A stretch of DNA of 63,814 nucleotides, the filler included, from Folioceros fuciformis (lineage: Eukaryota): NCBI GenBank assembly GCA_049999805.1. It is 6 parts of 6 records of this genome, joined end to end, with 100 filler letters (N's around TTAATTAATTAA, not from the genome) between each part and the next. Parts side by side here need not be neighbours in the genome. Positions count along the whole stretch, not along the records: positions 49,481 to 55,444 come from JBNGIO010002034.1; positions 55,545 to 63,814 come from JBNGIO010002036.1; 4 more parts are not named here. One strand, 5' to 3'. The notes under the pieces are model-generated. The model did no database searches. It was not told the DNA's origin and saw nothing but the letters and a program-made list of their open reading frames with translations. How positions within the stretch are numbered: the first letter of the stretch is position 1; the number at the start of each line of letters is the position of its first letter. Positions 49,941-61,480 of this stretch are shown here, piece by piece. Position numbers and translations under genes: made by a program.

Positions 49941-52900
49941 ATGACAACTCCTACCTTCACATTTGATATTAAGGACAAAGATAGGTTTAATGGCACTAGG
50001 TTTGACATATAAAGTGTTAGGATGAAGTCAACCTTACTTTCCCGCGGAGTTTGGAACGTTATTGGTGGTTCGAATCCGGATCCAGGCACTCCTTCTAATC
50101 CTATGACAACAGGTACTACTGTCACAGTTGCACAGAAGAAGAAATGGGATCAGTTGAACAACATTGATGATCCATGGGCTTGAATCCGATCTTGTTCCTG
50201 AAGTAGAGTTTCTTACCAATGCCAAAGCAAAATGGGATCAACTTACTGGAACTTACAAAGTTGAGACAATGATGAGCTTATGCGTAGTTAGGCAGCAATT
50301 CTATACCTTGCGCATGAAGGAAGGAGATTCTGTTGCAGCATTTACCAGCCGATTTAGGCATTTGCATGCCCAGATGGCTGCTCTTGGCACAACCATGCAA
50401 GAGGTGGATGCGGTGGCTCATATTCTCACCAGCCTACCTCTCAATTACGAAACATTTGTTACCACACAGAACTGTCCCATTCGAGCTACTGGCCAGAACG
50501 TCAAGCTCATAGATGTTATTGGGGCTGTTTATCAAGAGGAGATGACCCTCCAAATGTCATCAAGGGGACAACGTACTAAATCTGACAAAGTATTTTCAGT
50601 GACAAGAGATTGCTTCAACATCAGAGGTAGAGGGAGAGGTCAACCACATGCTTAGCGCAATGTTACCTACCCTACTACCTCAAAGAGACAAGGTAACTAT
50701 AACTGGTGTGGATCTCCTGGGCATTGGGCCAGAGAGTGCAGAAAGAAGAAAGTCGGGTAGCCTTAGCAGGCAACACCTCGACTGCAGCTGCACACACCAC
50801 ATCATAATCAAAAGATAAGGTTTCGAAACCTCAGCCTAGTAAGCTAGAAGTGAAAATCTTCACAGTTTGCCTACACACTCAAACAAGTGATGTAGACAGT
50901 TGGTACCTTGATAGTGGTGCCACAGCTCACATTTGTCGTGATGAATTCCTTTTCACTAGCTTGACGCTTACCACTATTTCTGACAAAGTGTATGTAGGCG
51001 ATGAATCTAGTTTCAGTAGTCTGCAGATACATGGCAAAGGAGTCTGTAAGTTTCCACTCCATGATGATACTATTTTAGTCCTCCCTCTTGGTCATTTAAC
51101 AACAGCCCAAAAGGCCAGACTTTGGCATGCCCGTCTTGGGCATGCAAATCGATCTAAACTTGTTGATCTTTCTAAGTAGGATTGTTACAGGGAACCTCTT
51201 CCTTGCTGCTTTAAGGACCTGCCCATATGTGAAGTATGTGCCTTCGCAAAATAGTGGGAGACCCCCTTCTCGATAGTTCCTGCATTTCGATCCACAGCTG
51301 TACTGGAGTTAGTACATGCCGACATCAGTGGGAGACTTGAGGAACGATCTCTTGGTGGGGCACAATATTATTTTACCCTCACTGACGATTACAAATATAC
51401 CTGGACCTATCCTATGGAGCACAAGAGTGACACCTTCCCTTTGTTTCAAGACTGGTTGCTTGTAGTTCGAAGACAAACTGGCCACAAGTTGAAGATGATC
51501 CGCATTGATAATGGTGGAGAATTCATGAGCTTTGCCTTTGAGCACTTCGTGGAGACAGAAGGCATTATCCATCAGCTTATAGTCCCATATACGCAACAGC
51601 AGAATGGTGTTGAGGAAAGAAAAAAATCAGACGCTGATGAGTATGATGAGATCCATGCTCCTATGGTCTGGATTACCTCCTCCTTACTGGGCTGAAGCTA
51701 TGGTTACTACTACCTACATATTGAATCCCTTACCTCTCATTCTGTTCCTGGTGGCACACCCTTCCAACTATTTTGGAATTGCAAATCAAGTATTCTTCAT
51801 CTGCGCATTTTTGGTTCTCGAGCCTTCTCCTATGTGCCTGCAGAGAAGAGACGTAAGCTTGACAATCGTTCCAGAGGGTTGATTTTTGTAGGCTACAGCG
51901 AAGTGACTAAAGCTTATAAGCTCCTCGACATACAAACCATGCAGCCAGCGAGTGGTAGCTCGAAGTGTTTCTTTGTGGAGAATTTGACTCCTTTATCTTC
52001 TGATGCTTCTCTTCCACCTGGTGTTGTGGAGGATCCTACCAGCCTACTGTATTCTAAGAATGACGCTGATTATCCTGATGATGTTGATGGTGAGCCTGAT
52101 GTAGGTGTTGATCTTCAACCTGATACTAATCTGGTCGTTCCTCCGGATGATCAGCCTTCGCTATTAGCCCCTACCCCACCAGCAATCCTTGATCCTCCAG
52201 TAGACGCTCCACATGATGACGGATGTACTGTAGGTCCTGTTCCAGGCCCAAACTACCATTCAGATATTTCAGAACTTGAACTTGACAATTCTTCTCAAAC
52301 TTCTGAGTCTAACGATGAGGCTAACCTTTCACCTCTCCTCAACCTGGCCCAGCAACCAATGTCCCTGAGCCTGTTCGTCGGTCTACCCATGAGCATCGTC
52401 CTCCCTCTCAGTGGACAGAGCCCCGTTATACATTCATTGACTTCTGTAAGTCAGTGGGTGTCTGCACACCCACTGTCCATCATGTTTCCCCACCTGTCTT
52501 CCCTCCTGAGCTTGTTACACTCAAGGAAGCCTTTACAGGGCCAGATAGAGATAAATGGAAACATGTTGTAGACAATGAATTTAACAGCCTCATTCAGAAT
52601 GGTACCTAGAAACTTGTTTCTCGTCCACAGGGCCGCAAACCTATAACCTGTAATTGGGTGTTCAAACATAAGTTAGATTCCAATGGCAACCTAGCACGAT
52701 ATAAAGCAAGGCTCTGTGCACATGGGTTCACATAAATACCTGGTCTGGATTTCCAAGAGACTTTTTCTCTGGTGGTACGCTCCCAATCTATCCGCCTTAT
52801 GTTTGCTTTAGCTGCTGAACGTGATTTAGAGTTGCAGCAAATGGTCATGAAGATTACATTCTTGCATGACATTCTGGAGGAAGAGCTGTATATGGAACAG

Positions 52901-53935
52901 CCCAAAGGATACGAAGACCCTGAACATCCAGAATATGTATGTCAGCCTATCAAGTGTATATATGGTCTCAAACAAAGCGCAGAGCGCTAGAATGTAAGGT
53001 TGGATATCTGTATGAAAGGCCTTGGCTTTCACCAGAGCCTTGCTGATCCTTCGGTTATATCTATGATGATGGCACCTCCTATGTTATCCTCGCTGTTTAT
53101 GTTGACGACGCAATTTTTGCTGCCAATGACACTCGTCTGTTAGCAAGAGTATAAGACATGCTACGCGCGGAATTTGACATGGCTGATGTCGGGAAATTGA
53201 AGTTTTGCCTCAGTATTCAAGTGTTGAGGATACGTACAAAGGGTATGATAATTATTCATCAGCGTAAGTGCATCTCTGAGATCCTTCAGCGTTTCAACAT
53301 GGACAAAGCACATCCTGCTAATACACTTGGTGCAATTGGAGTGAAACTTACCAAGGCGGATAGCCCTGTTTCTGACCTTGATATTGAAGATATGAGGGAT
53401 GTTCCCTATTGCCATGCAGTTGGCAATTTGCTGTTTATGAGCAACTGTACCCGACCAAATATCACATATGCTATTAACACAGCCTCCAATTTGTGGAATG
53501 TCCTGGCCGTAATCATTGGACTGCAATCAAACGAGTCTTTCGTTATCTGAAGGGAACACATCATTATCATAAGGCTTATGCTACAAGAGGATAGGAGTAG
53601 TACCTACTTTATCAACTTTCGCTGACGCTGATTGGGCATCGCAAGGAGATGCACGCAAGAGCCTATCCATGTATGTATTCTTCCTTTCATCTACAGCTGT
53701 CACATGGAATTGTAAGAAACAGAGCAGCATAGCCCTCTCCAGTACTGAAGCAGAATACAAGTGCCTTACCAATGCTGCGAACGAAGCTGAGTGGGCATGC
53801 TCCTTCTTATCTTCAGTGCACTGTGAACAAGTATCACCAACAACACTGTACAGTGACAATCAATCTGCCCTAGCTCTTGTAGATCGCCCTAGGTTTCATG
53901 CCAGGACGAAACATATTGCGATCCAGCATCATTAT
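49941..53935 (+). mobile_element. Degenerate near-full-length Ty1/copia gag-pol
   Basis: Domains in copia order: gag (UBN2), knuckle NWCGSPGHWAREC, protease WYLDSGATAH, LWHARLGH, integrase (LELVHAD, IRIDNGGEF, QQNG), RT (RYKARL, YVDD) and RNase H (DADWA, IALSSTEAEY, RTKHI). Many stops and frameshifts. Confidence 0.93.
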
Positions 53936-55444
53936 GTTAGCGATGTCAAGGTGTGGAGGCAAAACCCCGGCCACTGATTGCCGACGGGTTCCACCTTTAG
54001 TGGCCACAGTTATCCCACTGTCGTTGAGACATTGGGTTTCGTTCCCACGAAGGAGCGATGGGGTTCCTTGTTGCTGTGGATGGAGGGTCGGACTCAATCG
54101 ACTCGATGATGGATTCGAGGGCTCCCCTCTAGCTCTGATCAGGCGTAGGACAGGCCTCGTAGTCTAGCGGTCAGCTGCACCTCCCTTGGTGCCCACAAAC
54201 TTACTCCAGTCACTACAACAACCCTAACCTCTCAAATCTGCGACTTCCCTCACTCACTTCACTCACTCTCTCGCTCCAGCACCAATACTAGCAACCAACA
54301 ATGACACCACTACCTTCTACACTTCCCTACTGACTCCTCCTACTCGGCAAGAGTCACTAGACTAACCCCAAAGAAAAGAAAGAGGGGAACACACTCCCCT
54401 CTTGGATATCTCCTCCCTACAACCTTACTAGACGCCATGAAACATGGCCTGCCTACAGCACTTGTCCAAACAGGGAACAAGAGTGGATAGGTCGAGAGAA
54501 AGACACATCCTTTACAATCAAGAGCTAGGGGCAAGCCCCTTCACCCTGGTCATTACACCTTGTGGTCCTACCAGGCACTATACAACCGGCAACACGCGGC
54601 TTGCGATCCTACCAGACGTTGCACAGCCGGCAACACACCGCAGGTCCTAAACCAAGTAGGGACAGACCACAAGAGCTCGTGAAGAGAGTACCTACAAGAG
54701 CTCACGAAGTGACAGGCTGACTCCCAAAGTAAATGACTACCTCCTACAGGCTCACCTGATCTTATAAGAGCCTCTCTCTCTCCCTGACTTCATCTCTCTC
54801 TAACTTGACAAATATTATTTTAATAGGACCACTAGCCTAGCCGGCTGTCACCAGCCACTTATTTAGACTTCTAGCACATCCTGCCACCAATGAGCTAGCC
54901 CTACCACCACAAGGATCTACCACCTCTTAGACTATCCTAAGACTTCGGAGGCTGTTTGATCTTCAAAGATCTACGAACTCCGCCTCTTCCTTGCTGGATG
55001 GCCGCTCGCTAAGTCTTCCCCTGCAACTGTTCACCCTTGGTGGCTGAGCCAGCCTCCAGGGGAGGAGTATGAGCAGAGGGAAAGATAGAGAAGAGGTGGG
55101 AAGGAGTGCTATCAGCAGCCGGAACCTGGCCTGAAAACGCTAGCTTATTTAGCGGAATCAGCTTCCAGCCGAAATGGTTCCTCGGCCATGGAAGACTGAC
55201 CCTGGGGTGTTGGAATAGGCCCCGAACTAGGAGGAAAAGAAAGCAGGTGAAACAGAGTTGAATTGGAATTTTTGGAGTTAAAGCCAGAAAAATAGGGGTG
55301 AAAATAAAAAAGTGGAAATTAGGAAAATAAAAAGAAAATAAATACGGGGATATGTATACAATATATGTATCAATACATATTAAATACATATTTAAACCAT
55401 ATAAAATACAAGAAGGGGGGAGATACGTATACGGTCCTTAAAAC
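53936..55444. mobile_element. Interspersed repeat (probable LTR), copy 2, inserted in the copia RNase H region
   Basis: Copia similarity stops at HHYV and new sequence starts with TG (tgttagcg). 54147-55068 is homologous to 42148-43104; runs into the gap. Confidence 0.75.
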
Positions 55445-55544
55445 NNNNNNNNNNNNNNNNNNNNNNNNNNNNNNNNNNNNNNNNNNNNTTAATTAATTAA
55501 NNNNNNNNNNNNNNNNNNNNNNNNNNNNNNNNNNNNNNNNNNNN
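55445..55544. other. Artificial contig linker
   Basis: N44-TTAATTAATTAA-N44. Confidence 0.97.
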
Positions 55545-55754
55545 TCCTTTCAACGTTCTTTCACTCCCCTTTCAATATTCTTTCACTCTCCTTTCAATAT
55601 TCTTTCACTCTCCATTTGAAGAGTCTCTCACTCTCCTTTTGAAGAGTCTCTCACTCTCCTTTTGAAGAGTTTCTCACTCTCCTTTTGAAGAGTTTCTCAC
55701 TCTCCTTTTGAAGAGTCTCTCACTCTCCTTTTGAAGAGTCTCTCGCTCTCCTTT
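55545..55754. repeat. 22-23-bp tandem minisatellite
   Basis: Unit tctcactctccttttgaagagtc, about 6 good copies preceded by about 3 diverged ones. Confidence 0.9.
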
Positions 55755-56304
55755 GGCATATTTGTGTCACAGGCATTTATGACACCCCTATCCATATAAG
55801 ACCCCTATCCATACTTATACTTACGTTCCTACCAAGTATCAAGTGAACTTTACCCACTAATGAAGTTTCTGTATCACAATAAAAAAAACTAATGTCCGTA
55901 TCCACTTTCTCTATTCTTTTCATCTGGAAAATGAATGTAAAATTGGGTTTGACGAAGGCAAGACAGAAAATATCCAGGACACAACGGTGGCATGGCCTAC
56001 GCGTATCTGTTGTGCAGCCAGCAGAGGAGGCCGATTGCCGGGGCTGGCGTCGCTCTCCAGGGTCCACGGTAGTTCAGAATTCCCGGACACATGGGTGCAC
56101 TCCATTGGAAGTGGCGGGTGCAATTCGGGATAAACGACGGGGGTTCTATCTCTGGGGGCAGGCCGCAGTCACGCAACTGGGGAGAAAAGGGAGCCCATCT
56201 CTTGACCGGGGTCCTGTTGACCGGGAAGCTTGCGAGCTAAGCTTGGAATCCGTCTCCGTGGGCTATATCATCCCAGGGAGCATCCCCGTGCAACCACCAG
56301 AAGC

Positions 56305-56769
56305 ATGGCTTGGAGCAAGAGGAGGAGGGAAGGAGGCGGTTGGTCCATGGCTGAAGATGTGGTTGTGTTGATGCTCCTCTGTCTCCTACTCAGTTCGGCG
56401 GCCTCTGCTGGCAAACATCACCTGGCAGGGGGCAAGGAGATACTTCCGGCTCCTGGTGTTGTGGAATCTTCTATTTCCATAGCCAACCCTGTTGAGAACC
56501 ATGACCATGACGAGTTCCGGTTCCACGTGCCGAGCCGAACTGCATGTCACGTCTGTGAGCGAGGTTCAGTAAGGGGAAGCAACTACAGGGGAGTGGCTCA
56601 CGAGCTCTTGCGCAAGTTGTTGCGAGGTGAGAAGAAGACTGCTCCTTCAGTCGTGCACAGTCTTCTGCCGCTGCCTTCTAGTCTTGTCCCGCTTCCAATC
56701 CTAGGTTGTGAAGCATTGCGAGACCAGGACAGGTTTCATTTCGCAAGCAAAAAGGTGGACTCTGGATGA
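56305..56769 (+). CDS. Hypothetical small secreted protein
   Basis: ATG 56305 or 56347, signal-peptide-like VVVLMLLCLLLSSAASAG and an RKLL motif; no family recognised. Confidence 0.35.
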   Translation: MAWSKRRREGGGWSMAEDVVVLMLLCLLLSSAASAGKHHLAGGKEILPAPGVVESSISIANPVENHDHDEFRFHVPSRTACHVCERGSVRGSNYRGVAHELLRKLLRGEKKTAPSVVHSLLPLPSSLVPLPILGCEALRDQDRFHFASKKVDSG

Positions 56770-57192
56770 ACTAGCTTTTGATTTTTCTCACCAGTTATAC
56801 GTATTGATCTGGATCAGGGACTGGTGAGCAACCCACAGTGACAAAGGAGAAAACAAAAGCGTCCAAAAGACCGCTTGCGGCCGTGAGCAAAGCAGGGTCT
56901 TGGATACCAGGTTTGCCTAGGTCTCCCCCTACAGATCACGACTGATCGACGGAGGAGCTGGAGGACGTACGCCGCATACGTACCTCGTAAAGGTTTGCGA
57001 AAAAAAAGAAAAACGACGTTACCTGTCTGTAAGCCTCTCAAAATCCACATCCGCTAGCCGAGGACGCCGAGACTTTCTGCGCTTGAGTGCACTTCAACTG
57101 CCATAGCAACGATATAACATGGAGAATCACAAACGAGTGACGCAAGGCAAGGAGAAAGATAGACTAGACTAGACAAGGTGAACGTTTTCGGG

Positions 57193-57317
57193 AAGTGTAG
57201 CTAGGATGCAAGCACAAAGGCTGTACCCACAGTAGAACGCCATCCCAGACAACTCTAGGCCGGGTGAAATAGGACACACCGGATCGAAGCCAGTGTGCCC
57301 TTTGGATTGCAGGCCAC
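57193..57317 (-). ncRNA. Box H/ACA snoRNA predicted to guide 18S rRNA pseudouridylation (snoRNA B)
   Basis: Hairpin with stem gggcacactgg/ccggtgtgtcc and pocket arms AAUCCAA and AUUUCACC, complementary to conserved 18S GGUGAAAU-UC-UUGGAUU. H-like box AGAGUU 14 nt after the pocket; second hairpin closed by gggatg/catcct; ACA 3 nt from the proposed end. Confidence 0.75.
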
Positions 57318-57390
57318 GAACCTCGACACATGAAATAGAGGATAAAACAAGGAACATACTGGAACACAACGCTAGACTGCACGAGAGACT

Positions 57391-57527
57391 GACTGTAGAG
57401 GACCTACTTTGAGAGAAAAGATGGTGTAGACATCTTGCCTCGTCAAAGGGACACGAAACTTAGTTCTCGGCCTATAATGGACCAGTGTGACGACGTGAGA
57501 CAGGCACACCGGTCTTGGCAAGGCGCT
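57391..57527 (-). ncRNA. Box H/ACA snoRNA, possible 5.8S rRNA guide (snoRNA A, copy 1)
   Basis: Stem accggtgtg/cacactggt; pocket arms GCCAAGA and UCCAUU fit 5.8S AACGGA-UA-UCUUGGC with one mismatch; H-like box AGAACU; second hairpin; terminal ACA. Conserved in the duplicate. Confidence 0.6.
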
Positions 57528-57676
57528 CGCTGCTTACACCTCATCCCCCGCTAGAAAGCAACCTAAACAACATACGCCGACAGAGAGAAAGGAGACGAGA
57601 AGCTGAGAGGCGGAATGCTCTATTTCAATCAAAACCCTCCAAAACGGAGGCCAAAATTAGGGCAAGCCGACGTTGA

Positions 57677-59305
57677 TTAGGTCTCATCGGCACCGTCTTC
57701 GATTAAGACGTCCGTCGCAACTCTCAACGGCGCAAACGAACGACGATGGATATCACAGGGGCCATATTTCCTCATTGCAGCTATGTGGGCACGAGTTCCG
57801 TATCCCTTGTTTTCCTTGAACCCATACACGGGCCATTCCCTGCACATCGACACCCCTCGATTAACATTTCAGTCGGAACTTGTCTGTGAGAGATAGAGAG
57901 CATGAAGATAACCGAGTCAGGGACTGGTGTGGTATACTTGTCATATTCGACCATGAGACGATCTCTGGTGACTTTGGCCAAAATGGAAGCTGCGGCTATC
58001 ACATAACTTTCGGCATCTCCCTATGCATGTGCAGCACCAGACGGTCAGGAAATGCAGGAGGGTTAGGGGGAAACACACAGTGCACGTACATTTCTGCTTG
58101 GGAGAGACTTACTCGAACCACAGCCTGTGCTTTATCGGTGCTTAGACCATCAGGTATTCTTGGTCCATCCACAAGCACGTAGTCTGGTACAAGTGAACCG
58201 CTTTCTCCTGAGCTCAGTTGCTCCACGCATTGAGCCATAGCTTGCATTGTTGCCTGGGGACAAGCCCAAGTGACGGATGAGCTCAAGCACTTAGCACCAA
58301 ATGTGGGAGCTGCTCCTCATACCTGCAGGATATTGATGGCATCAATCGTTGCTCTGTCAACGATCTTTACCTGCCAGACGAGACACAGGGACATTACAAG
58401 AACATTACAAACAAGACAAAGGGGCAGGTGGAAGCTGGTTTGAACAGGTGCTGGCCACCTACAGCGTAGCTCACACCTGGGGCGGAGATAATTTCCGTGT
58501 ACAACTCCTCCCTCTTCTTTTGCGTAAGCTTCTTGCTGTCGTTGATGCCTGGACTGGGACACAAGCTTCCATCACCACTTCGAACTACGTGCAACTAACC
58601 GAGACAGGGGATTTGAAGTAGCTGGGGGGGAGGGGCATGAAGTGGGACGACGAAGAGAGGAACAAGACCACCTGCCTTGGATCATGACATGTGAAGGGAT
58701 GACACATGCAGCTGCAACCACGGGTCCAGCCAGCGGGCCTCGTCCTGCCTCATCCACTCCTGCCACATGCTTGAACCCTCGCTGCCACAACTCAGCCTGC
58801 ACCACATTGCGTTCTCCAACATCAGGGAAGCAGCTTCAGCTGGGCATGTCCAAGGATGTCACAAAAGCGGAGCGTAGAAGTCTTTCATCCTAAGCAACAC
58901 AATTTGCACCTCAAGCGATCTGCTAGGAAGAAGTTCCTTTTTCCGCACAACCATATCCCCAGATGCTGCCACATGCTGCTCCACTCCTTCACTCTCCTTA
59001 GGGTTCCGTCTCTTCCTTCCGGAATGTTCAGTCTGCACTTCAATTTTCTCTTCCCGGGCTTTCCTTCCCCGAGTGCCACTGGACAGGGCAGCTCGCGTGC
59101 TCTTAGCCTTCGCGACTGCTTCCAAGAGAAGGCATTCACACAGAACAAAACAGGTGTCGGAGAAACAGGAACACAACCACGAAACCGGGCAAAGAAATTC
59201 ACCCCTTCTCACTTCAAAAATTGTCTTACGCAGAAAAGGCTGGAGAGGTGAGGAAGTGGCCAGCCTCGCGGACCGCCGGACCGCAACTGCTGCAGCTGCT
59301 GCCAT
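57677..59305 (-). CDS. Bacterial-type ribonuclease HII, probably organelle-targeted
   Basis: Spliced motifs [68 protein letters not shown] and [18 protein letters not shown]; Ala/Ser/Arg-rich N-terminus. Possible GC-AG intron with donor at 58675. Confidence 0.9.
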
Positions 59306-60629
59306 TGAGTCTATGCGCCCTAGTCCTTCAATCCCACTCTGCAAATCCTGATCAGAGTTTTTCTCATTCCCGACCTCGCGTGCCCGACGAAGCTTCTTCC
59401 TCAACTTGAAGTTCGACCTTGACCAGTTTCAAATTTCAAACCGCAGTCGCCATTGAGGTTCCTCTTGGCCGAAATCATCATTCATACCTATGTGTTCCGT
59501 TCTATCCGTTCACGAAAGCGTGTACACACTGCGACGGTGGAGAAGAGATGGATGGCTGATGTGCAAGCAACACACGTACCAAACATGTAGCAGACCTCCC
59601 CACTTCTCTTGTCACCAGCTACACGTTGTTATACATCATCTTGAGACTTGTGTGCATCTGACATATCTCAGCCTTGAGATGCTAGAGTAATCGGTGGACT
59701 TTGTGCATTGTGGAAGCGAGCCAGTTGCTATCCTTGCAAGGCTGATGGACCGTATACCATAAAAGCGTGGTGATTCAAGGTGGAGTGACTCATGAGCACT
59801 TCCTAGCGGTCATGGTGATCTTTCGAGAACTCTTCTCTTGGAGAAACTAACGGCCATGGTTACTCCCCCGCACTCGGAAGGAATGAACTCCGCATAAGAA
59901 CGAATCTGCTTAAAGCATCCTTCCGAAGCTCCAACTCTGGAAAATTTTGCCTTCACTTTTTCGCTGGGCTGCATGACTTCTATCCGCATTTGCCGCCAAA
60001 CCTGGCCTCTTTTAGGATTCGCAAGTTTTTTATCAATGTATTTTTAGGGTGTGGAGCAGATGTCGTAGTTAGCCAGTAAGGGCGGCTCGTTTAAGAGTGC
60101 TAGGAGGGCTAGCGCTTTTGCTGACTTGTAGTCATGTCTCACTCCCAATCCGGCGTCTCGGACATCGGGAGATTAGAACATGAGTGCAAGAACTTACGAA
60201 ATGAACTGGTGATGGAGTTGTTCCCCTTTTTCCATGTCTAGTGTTCGACTTCTTCTGCTTCAGATGAAGGAGAGCATCCCGGTGTGTCGGAAGAGGAAGG
60301 GTTAGGGCTGAATGGAAAGTTTGCGGCTGTGGTTAGATTTGCAATTCGGCAGACATGTATGCCCGCGTCTACCCGAGGACTACCGATAGTTAGAGCAACT
60401 GAGGGGAGTACTGCAAACATACCTTGCAGAGGTTTATGAGAAAGGAGATGAATTATCTCGAAGCCTCTCAACCTGAAGATCCATTGGCCCAAAAATTGCG
60501 ATTGTGCACAGAACAACACAGAACATCTAAGATGCGTTAGACGAAGGAGAATACAAATGGCAATCACACACAGCGAGGGGAAAAAAGGCATGAGTCGGTA
60601 TGGAGGAGGATTTCGGGAGATGACCTCAG

Positions 60630-60765
60630 ATTTCGGGAAGTGAAGCCCCGATTCACGAACAAACTTTGTACCAAATGTTGAACAACATCCCAGACACCTC
60701 TGGGCGGATTGAGCACAGATTGAAATATGGCACACCGGATAGAGGCCAGTGTGCCATTTGGTGAC
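60630..60765 (-). pseudogene. Degenerate copy of snoRNA B
   Basis: Keeps the ggcacactgg/ccggtgtgcc stem and part of the pocket, but ACA has become TCA and there is an insertion before the H box. Confidence 0.5.
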
Positions 60766-60840
60766 ACTCACCAAATCAGAGCAATGAGGCACACCAGTTA
60801 ATTGCGAAAACAAAGCGCATAACAAGCCACAGAACTGTGA

Positions 60841-60974
60841 AACTGTAGAGAACCTGCTTGAGAGGAAAGATACCAGCGAAACCTTGCCTCCTCAAAGGGA
60901 CCCGAAACTTTGTTCTTGGCCTCTAATGGACCAGGGTGATGAGATGAGCATCACACCGGTCTTGGCGAGGCGCT
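60841..60974 (-). ncRNA. Box H/ACA snoRNA A, copy 2
   Basis: Homologous to 57391-57527 with the same pocket arms, a canonical H box AGAACA and terminal ACA. Confidence 0.6.
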
Positions 60975-61126
60975 CGCTATCTACACTGTCCTACCGCCAA
61001 TAGGGCACACCGACCCGCCATGCTTCAAGGGGACCTAGGCAACAAGCGCCGAGAGGACAACCCGCATAGCATGAAATGAGAAGTGGGAAGGGCTCTTCAT
61101 CAGAATCCTCCGAGAGGGAGACCATA

Positions 61127-61480
61127 CTAGGGCAAGCCGAAGCTGCTTAGGTCTCTGCCACGCCGTTGTAGGAGTCTCAACAGCATTTCGGTTCTCCACC
61201 CGCTCATTAAACGAGTCTGTTGTAAGCGAACCGTTTCACCCGAGCTGAGCTCAGCTGCTTGACTCACACATAGCTTGTATTGTTGCCTGAGACAAGCCCA
61301 GGTGACACGTGAAGGGATGGCAGATGAAGGTGCAACCACGGGTGCAGCGAGCGGGCCTCGTCCTGCCTCATCCACTCCTTCCACATGCTTGCAAGGACAG
61401 ATAATTGAACCCTTGCTACCACCGTCAGCCTTCCCCACATTGCTTTCGCCAGCAATGTCCAAACATTCGTGAATTGTTCA
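61127..61480 (-). pseudogene. Internally deleted duplicate of the RNase HII gene
   Basis: [19 protein letters not shown] is joined directly to sequence matching 58210-58275, then to the 3' flank tagggcaagccga, which matches 57658. Confidence 0.75.

Noticed and set aside
18154-55544. Recurring TTAATTAATTAA flanked by Ns as a biological repeat
   Set aside because: Five identical 100-nt cassettes with stops in all frames; this is an assembly linker.
55545-55754. Tandem arrays here and at 38501-38588 as CRISPR-like
   Set aside because: Head-to-tail units without unique spacers, in eukaryotic DNA with no cas genes.
46468-59305. PDF-DYW gene and RNase HII as a functional organellar gene cluster
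   Set aside because: They are separated by two artificial gaps and a retrotransposon, so there is no evidence of linkage.
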